Source: Oculina patagonica (taxonomy: Eukaryota). From it: a stretch of 64,000 nt of DNA. Positions within the stretch are counted from its first letter, which is position 1; each line of letters starts with the position of its first letter. Below, piece by piece: positions 59,284-64,000 of the stretch. The notes under the pieces were generated by a model. It was not told where the DNA came from, searched no databases, and worked only from the letters and a program-made list of their open reading frames with translations. The position numbers and the translations under genes were made by a program. Location: the NCBI RefSeq assembly GCF_052425735.1, contig NC_135758.1:39866001-39930000 (forward strand), written 5' to 3'.

Positions 59284-60035
59284 ATAACTAAAAGGAAACT
59301 ATTCGATAATTTAGATCCATTTGTAAGTTAAATTCAGTTGCAAACTGTAATTTTGAGAAAATAAAGAAGTGTTTGTAAAATTTTAAAAGTAGTTTAGTGA
59401 CTAACAAAAGTGAAACTGTGGAACCGTATTTGCTGGGAGAGCTTGTTATTGGCAAACAAGGACTCGTGAAGAAAATGGATCGGAGTTCTCTTGACTTCCC
59501 TTTCTAGTTATTTTTAACAAGTTCAAGTCAAAAACCGTAGAAATGTGGTTGACGAACTGACCCGTGTTATAAAAAACTTTCGTACAACTTGTACAATTGC
59601 AAGACAACTTGCACGAAGAATTGCCAAGTGACCAGGACGTCTGTAACCAGAATTTCATGCTCTTGTTTTACTTTACCCAGGGAGTTGGAAAGTTCTCATT
59701 TTAACATTTACACTTTGGGCTATCCCATTAAATATTTCAGTCCTTTTCCCCCACCCCATTCTTCCATCCCCTGCAATCCTTTGCGAATGTGGCTCGGTCG
59801 GTTGGAAGAAAAGAGGAGAAGAAATATTGACAAATTCATGAGTATATTTAATTTCATGCGGTTGCCATTGGTGACTCAAAGTATAAGTTTATACAATAGT
59901 TTATCGATAGAGCAGATTATTTTATCTTCATCAGATTGTTGTAAATAGGTCGTTTGTAGAAAATTGGTATAAGCCGCACAAGCCAGATCCTAAAAAGATT
60001 TGGTTAAAGGAGCATAAAACGTTTGTTTGTTCTTT

Positions 60036-60275
60036 GAGACACCCCTCTGTAACAGACCCAGTGGAATCTGAAAAAAGTCACTGGGTTGGCCACTTTCCCA
60101 CTGGGTCGGCTTATTTGGGCTCGTTCTTTATAGGTTTATTCGACATAAGTCACAACGCACAGTCACTGGGGAAGCACAAAAATAGGCGGGTAAAATCAAA
60201 ATATTCGCTGGGTACCGGGGAGACAAAATTTTCACTGGGTCGGGTTCCACTGGGTCTGTTACAGAGGGGTGTTTC
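60036..60275. mobile_element. MITE with ~30-bp TIR
   Basis: GAGACACCCCTCTGTAACAGACCCAGTGGAA...TTCCACTGGGTCTGTTACAGAGGGGTGTTTC. Confidence 0.8.
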
Positions 60276-60312
60276 GAATGGTTACTGACCTAAACTAGCC
60301 GACATCGACGTA

Positions 60313-60993
60313 CAGTAGAAGCCTTATTTCTCGAACCGCGAACGAAAATTGGTTTGGAAAATCGAGAAGCCCCAGAAATTGGGAGAAAAATTGCAGTGTT
60401 CGACAAAGGGAAGGGAGAAGACTTTGGTTCGAGTTATCGAGAGGTTTAAGAAATCGAGGGTCCTAGAAATCGGGATTCTACTGTATTTTGAAGTACAGTA
60501 GAACCCCGGTAACTCGAACTCTGAAGGGAAACGAAAAACCGTTCGAGTTAGCGGGGTTTCGAGTTATCGGGGTCGATTGAATATTTAATTTGCCAAGTTA
60601 ATAATTGATAGTTTACTGATTTTACAGCACTTCAGTAAACAGCACAGTGCAAATTAAACTTATCTCGTCAGAAACTCTAACACGATCATAAATTCTTAGG
60701 ATAAGAGTGGAAAAAGGCTGTTAAATACGTGATCTGTTTTGTTGCTCTAATCAATGGGCAACCATGGTGAGTTGCAAGAACCGGGATTCGAGTTATCGGG
60801 GTAAATTTGACCCAAATTTTGATCAAGGGAAACGAAATTTAGTTCAAGTTAGCGCGGTTTTTGAGTTATCCGAGTTCGAGTTAACCGAGTAAAAATGACT
60901 GAAAAGTGAGTTCAAATCCAAGGGAAATGAAAGTTTGTTCGAGTTAGCGGGGTTGTTCGAGTTATCCGAGTTCGAGTTACCGGGGTTCTACTG
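60313..60993. mobile_element. Two adjacent Tc1/pogo MITEs (60313-60483, 60496-60993), TA TSDs
   Basis: CAGTAGAA...TTCTACTG ends. The second has a perfect TIR CAGTAGAACCCCGGTAACTCGAACTC. Confidence 0.85.
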
Positions 60994-62075
60994 TAGTAGT
61001 TGTTACACATGAGCCTGCAATTCCCGAACAGCGTACCCGCGTCTACATCTCATTATCTCAAAGTCTGAAGTCTACAAAATTAACTCCCACAGTCCTAGCT
61101 GCAATTGAACAAGTTCATACTGTATTTTGTCCGATATCTTCCATTAAGTGTCAGATAGAATAGTCGAAGGACGAAATACTAAAAGAATTACGCCTGAAAC
61201 GCTGTCCTCTTTTCCGAGAAATCTTAATAAAACGCTATGTTAACACTCCGCGATTTCCGATCAGGATGCAATTTGCTGATTGGATGCAAGTTTTTATAAT
61301 GGATAAACCTCTCAATACCAAGCGAAGCTAACCGCTTGGTCTTGAAAGCTTTGAAGGCAACCGGACGGTCCTGTCTTTACTGAATTAATATTTAGATTTA
61401 GTTTTATTATACCCCAAAACAAGTAGTAAAAGCCGTAATCAAGTAAAACTAGCTTGGTGTCGCAACAGAACTAAAACGTTCATAAATCTCGCATCCCGAC
61501 ACTAGATCATCAGCAAATCCAGATCCTGATCTTTACATCCACTTTATCTTCTTCTTTAAAGATTATAGGCAAGAAATTGCCCACCGGCTCAAAGGTCAGC
61601 TTCGTGCTACTGCAAAACCACAAAAATTTACTTTTATTTTTCAAGAAAGTGCACTATCTTTCAAACCCTTTAAAACTAAATGCTTTCTCGGATGGAGCCA
61701 ACTGTTATTCTGTGGGTTTTTTTCACTAGCGATGGAGTCATGGCAAGCATCACCACAAAATGAGAACGTTGTGTTCTTCGCTGTTATGACTTCGTATAAT
61801 ATGCATGGGATCTTCTGATTCCATTTTTTACTCCATGATCAGTTGCTTATCAACCTAAAAGACATATGACATGTTATTTGACAGGCCTTCATTCTATTAG
61901 GGTTCCCTTTCTTAGTCAGAGTAAATAACTATGAAAGCCCCCTTAAAAGTTTTGCTTTATGGGCAGCGCCCCATAGCAACAGATCGAATCTTACTTGGTG
62001 CGGCAAACAATTAATGGAATTATTCGTATTGATCATAAGTCGAGAGTTGCAGATTCTTCAGTTTGCTTCAGGAGA

Positions 62076-64000
62076 ATGCAGTTATTCTCTTTCCTTGTGT
62101 GTTTGATATTCTGCTTAACTATAACATTTCCTCCATGTGAATCGCAGGAGAAACTTCATCGAAAGGCAAATTTTGTACGAGTTGTCAATGAAAGCAGATG
62201 TGAGTGGCAGTGTGCTGTTGTTGATTTAGATTTTGGGGAAGACATGAAGGAGCTGATCACCGAATATAGGCTTATCACACTGGACCTGAAGTTCCAGCAG
62301 CGAAAGAGTGACAAGTGTTTAAACCAAACACACTTGTACAATGCAACTAAACCTGCAAGCATTTGGACTTGGCTGACTGACAATAACCCAAGTCGTGGTA
62401 AAAATACATCGAGGCAAATTATTGAGGACAGTGCCTCGGTCACTTGGTTCAGAAAGTCATTCGAAGGGCAAAAAGAGGTAAGGGTTTTATGCGATTTCCG
62501 ACTTACAAATGAATCCACTCTTGACGACACTCGACCCGCTTCGTTGAACGAGCTGATTGCACTGGTGATAATGGAAAAAGTTGCGAACTCTACTGGTGGA
62601 CTCTCTTACTCTGAAACAATCCTTTGCTACAAGGAATCGGCAAAGAATGGTTTATTCGTTTGCCTGAATGTAATTAAGATCAACGTTCAAACCAGCTGGA
62701 CGCGTCGTGCTTTGGGGATTATAACCATACCAATCGCATTCCTATTAATGTGGTACTCTCCTATCATACTTTGTCTTTTTTCCCCAACAGAAGTCATCAG
62801 AGAAAATAACGGATGTGTAATTGTTCTCAGTGGAACCAGTCCAGTGGCAATTCGCAGTCGGATAGCTAATTGGGTCTTCAACAAAGCTAAGAACACGAAA
62901 AGATGGAAGGTGACACTAATTATAACATTTTTATTTCCAATCATATGCTTTGTGGCTTCTTTTGTCCTATCAATAATTGCAAGCTTCATTCTTAATCTTC
63001 CGTCGTCTTTTAAGTTCTATTTTCTGGCAATTGATTCTATGCTTGGTTTCCTTCATTTCATTCGGTTCTTTCAATTCATTCGGGAGTTCCTGATTTTCTG
63101 TTTGGTTGTCAGCTTCTTGTTTACACTCCGAGATGTGTTAAGTTTTTGTTTATGTGAACTGTCTATCGAGGACGGTCGGTGCCTTATCTGTGAATTGTTT
63201 GGGGATCATAAGATATTTCGTCACCAAGGATTTCTAGAAGAGCTACAGCAGCACTTGCGTATGCAACCATCGATGGTATGGACATGGTACGAACTTTGCT
63301 TTAAACGCTTAAAAAAGTATTCTCAATCTTTTTTTAACTTTGAGTCCAACTGCCCGGTGAACTGCCTGAGTTTGCTCTTGTTTGTTTTTCTCCTTCCCAT
63401 CACTACCATTGTAGCTGTGGCATTGTTTTTCTACTCGTGTCCCCTGTCGTCCTTTAATGTACTGTTGCTCCCTAAAAAAACAAGTGGAAAGTGTTTTAAG
63501 ATGGTTGTTACATTGGTTTCGTCTTTACAATTCAGTGTATTTGTGGCGAGCTTTGGCACCGTTGTTTTCCTTATAACCGTGCTTTCAGTAGAAGTTATCA
63601 GAGGAATTTTGATGCGTTTGCCATACTACCTTCCACTTGCGACCTTGCTTGTGGTTGTTGCCTTCTACTGCTGGAGGTGTTACAACTCTTTCACCAGAAA
63701 ATACCAAAATCTTGCTTTTAAGTTGTATAAACACTACACAACAAATGCACGAGGTGAGCAAGATAGACATGTTAGGAATCTCAGACAGAACGCAGATGCT
63801 CCAGCGATTCCAAAAGACCTCTTTGAGAAGGCGTGTAAAGACCTAATGCCGTTAAGAAAAAGTATTGGCTTATTGGTGGTACGGTTACTTGCACTCCTGA
63901 CCTTCTTCTTTGTGGTTTTTGCAGTCATAATGGAAACACCAGACGCAAGTGACCAAGCAAAAGCTGCTGCGACGTTTTTCACGGCTTTAGTTCCAAAGAT
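62076..64000 (+). CDS. Uncharacterised secreted-domain plus multipass membrane protein, 641+ codons, 3' truncated by window end
   Basis: Manual translation from ATG 62076 (MQLFSFLVCLIFCLTITFPPCESQ...) finds no stop to the window end (...AAATFFTALVPK). Signal peptide, Cys/N-glycan-rich ectodomain, many hydrophobic segments. Missed by the ORF track because no stop codon is present. Confidence 0.85.
   Translation, partial: MQLFSFLVCLIFCLTITFPPCESQEKLHRKANFVRVVNESRCEWQCAVVDLDFGEDMKELITEYRLITLDLKFQQRKSDKCLNQTHLYNATKPASIWTWLTDNNPSRGKNTSRQIIEDSASVTWFRKSFEGQKEVRVLCDFRLTNESTLDDTRPASLNELIALVIMEKVANSTGGLSYSETILCYKESAKNGLFVCLNVIKINVQTSWTRRALGIITIPIAFLLMWYSPIILCLFSPTEVIRENNGCVIVLSGTSPVAIRSRIANWVFNKAKNTKRWKVTLIITFLFPIICFVASFVLSIIASFILNLPSSFKFYFLAIDSMLGFLHFIRFFQFIREFLIFCLVVSFLFTLRDVLSFCLCELSIEDGRCLICELFGDHKIFRHQGFLEELQQHLRMQPSMVWTWYELCFKRLKKYSQSFFNFESNCPVNCLSLLLFVFLLPITTIVAVALFFYSCPLSSFNVLLLPKKTSGKCFKMVVTLVSSLQFSVFVASFGTVVFLITVLSVEVIRGILMRLPYYLPLATLLVVVAFYCWRCYNSFTRKYQNLAFKLYKHYTTNARGEQDRHVRNLRQNADAPAIPKDLFEKACKDLMPLRKSIGLLVVRLLALLTFFFVVFAVIMETPDASDQAKAAATFFTALVPK

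Noticed and set aside
62156-63982. Several short ORF-track entries near the window end
   Set aside because: Shadows of the long plus-strand ORF starting at 62076.
1-64000. CRISPR arrays, hammerhead ribozymes, prokaryotic systems
   Set aside because: Sequence is eukaryotic. Short repeats are MITE subterminal motifs without regular spacers. The CTGANGA hits I inspected lacked a correctly placed GAAA and stems.

Overview
AT-rich, intron-containing animal DNA, most likely a scleractinian coral or other anthozoan (inferred from repeat families and gene style). I assembled nine protein-coding genes by hand using GT-AG junctions and reading-frame checks. In order: makorin 5' end (-), SLC39A7/ZIP7 (+), SURF1 (-), PFDN6 (+), a divergent T-box gene (+), a RalGDS/RGL GEF (+), PRDX6 (+), an intronless rhodopsin-family GPCR (+), and a >640-aa multipass membrane ORF that runs off the window end and is absent from the ORF track. 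Introns and intergenic DNA are dense in non-autonomous DNA transposons (TSDs of 2, 3, 5, 6, 8 and 9 bp), tRNA-derived SINEs and one L2-type LINE end. The most notable signal is gene content. SLC39A7, PFDN6 and RGL are human MHC extended class II genes, and SURF1, PRDX6 and T-box genes lie on MHC paralogons, so this looks like a compact proto-MHC block. It also contains two head-to-head gene pairs and a shared UPR-type element.
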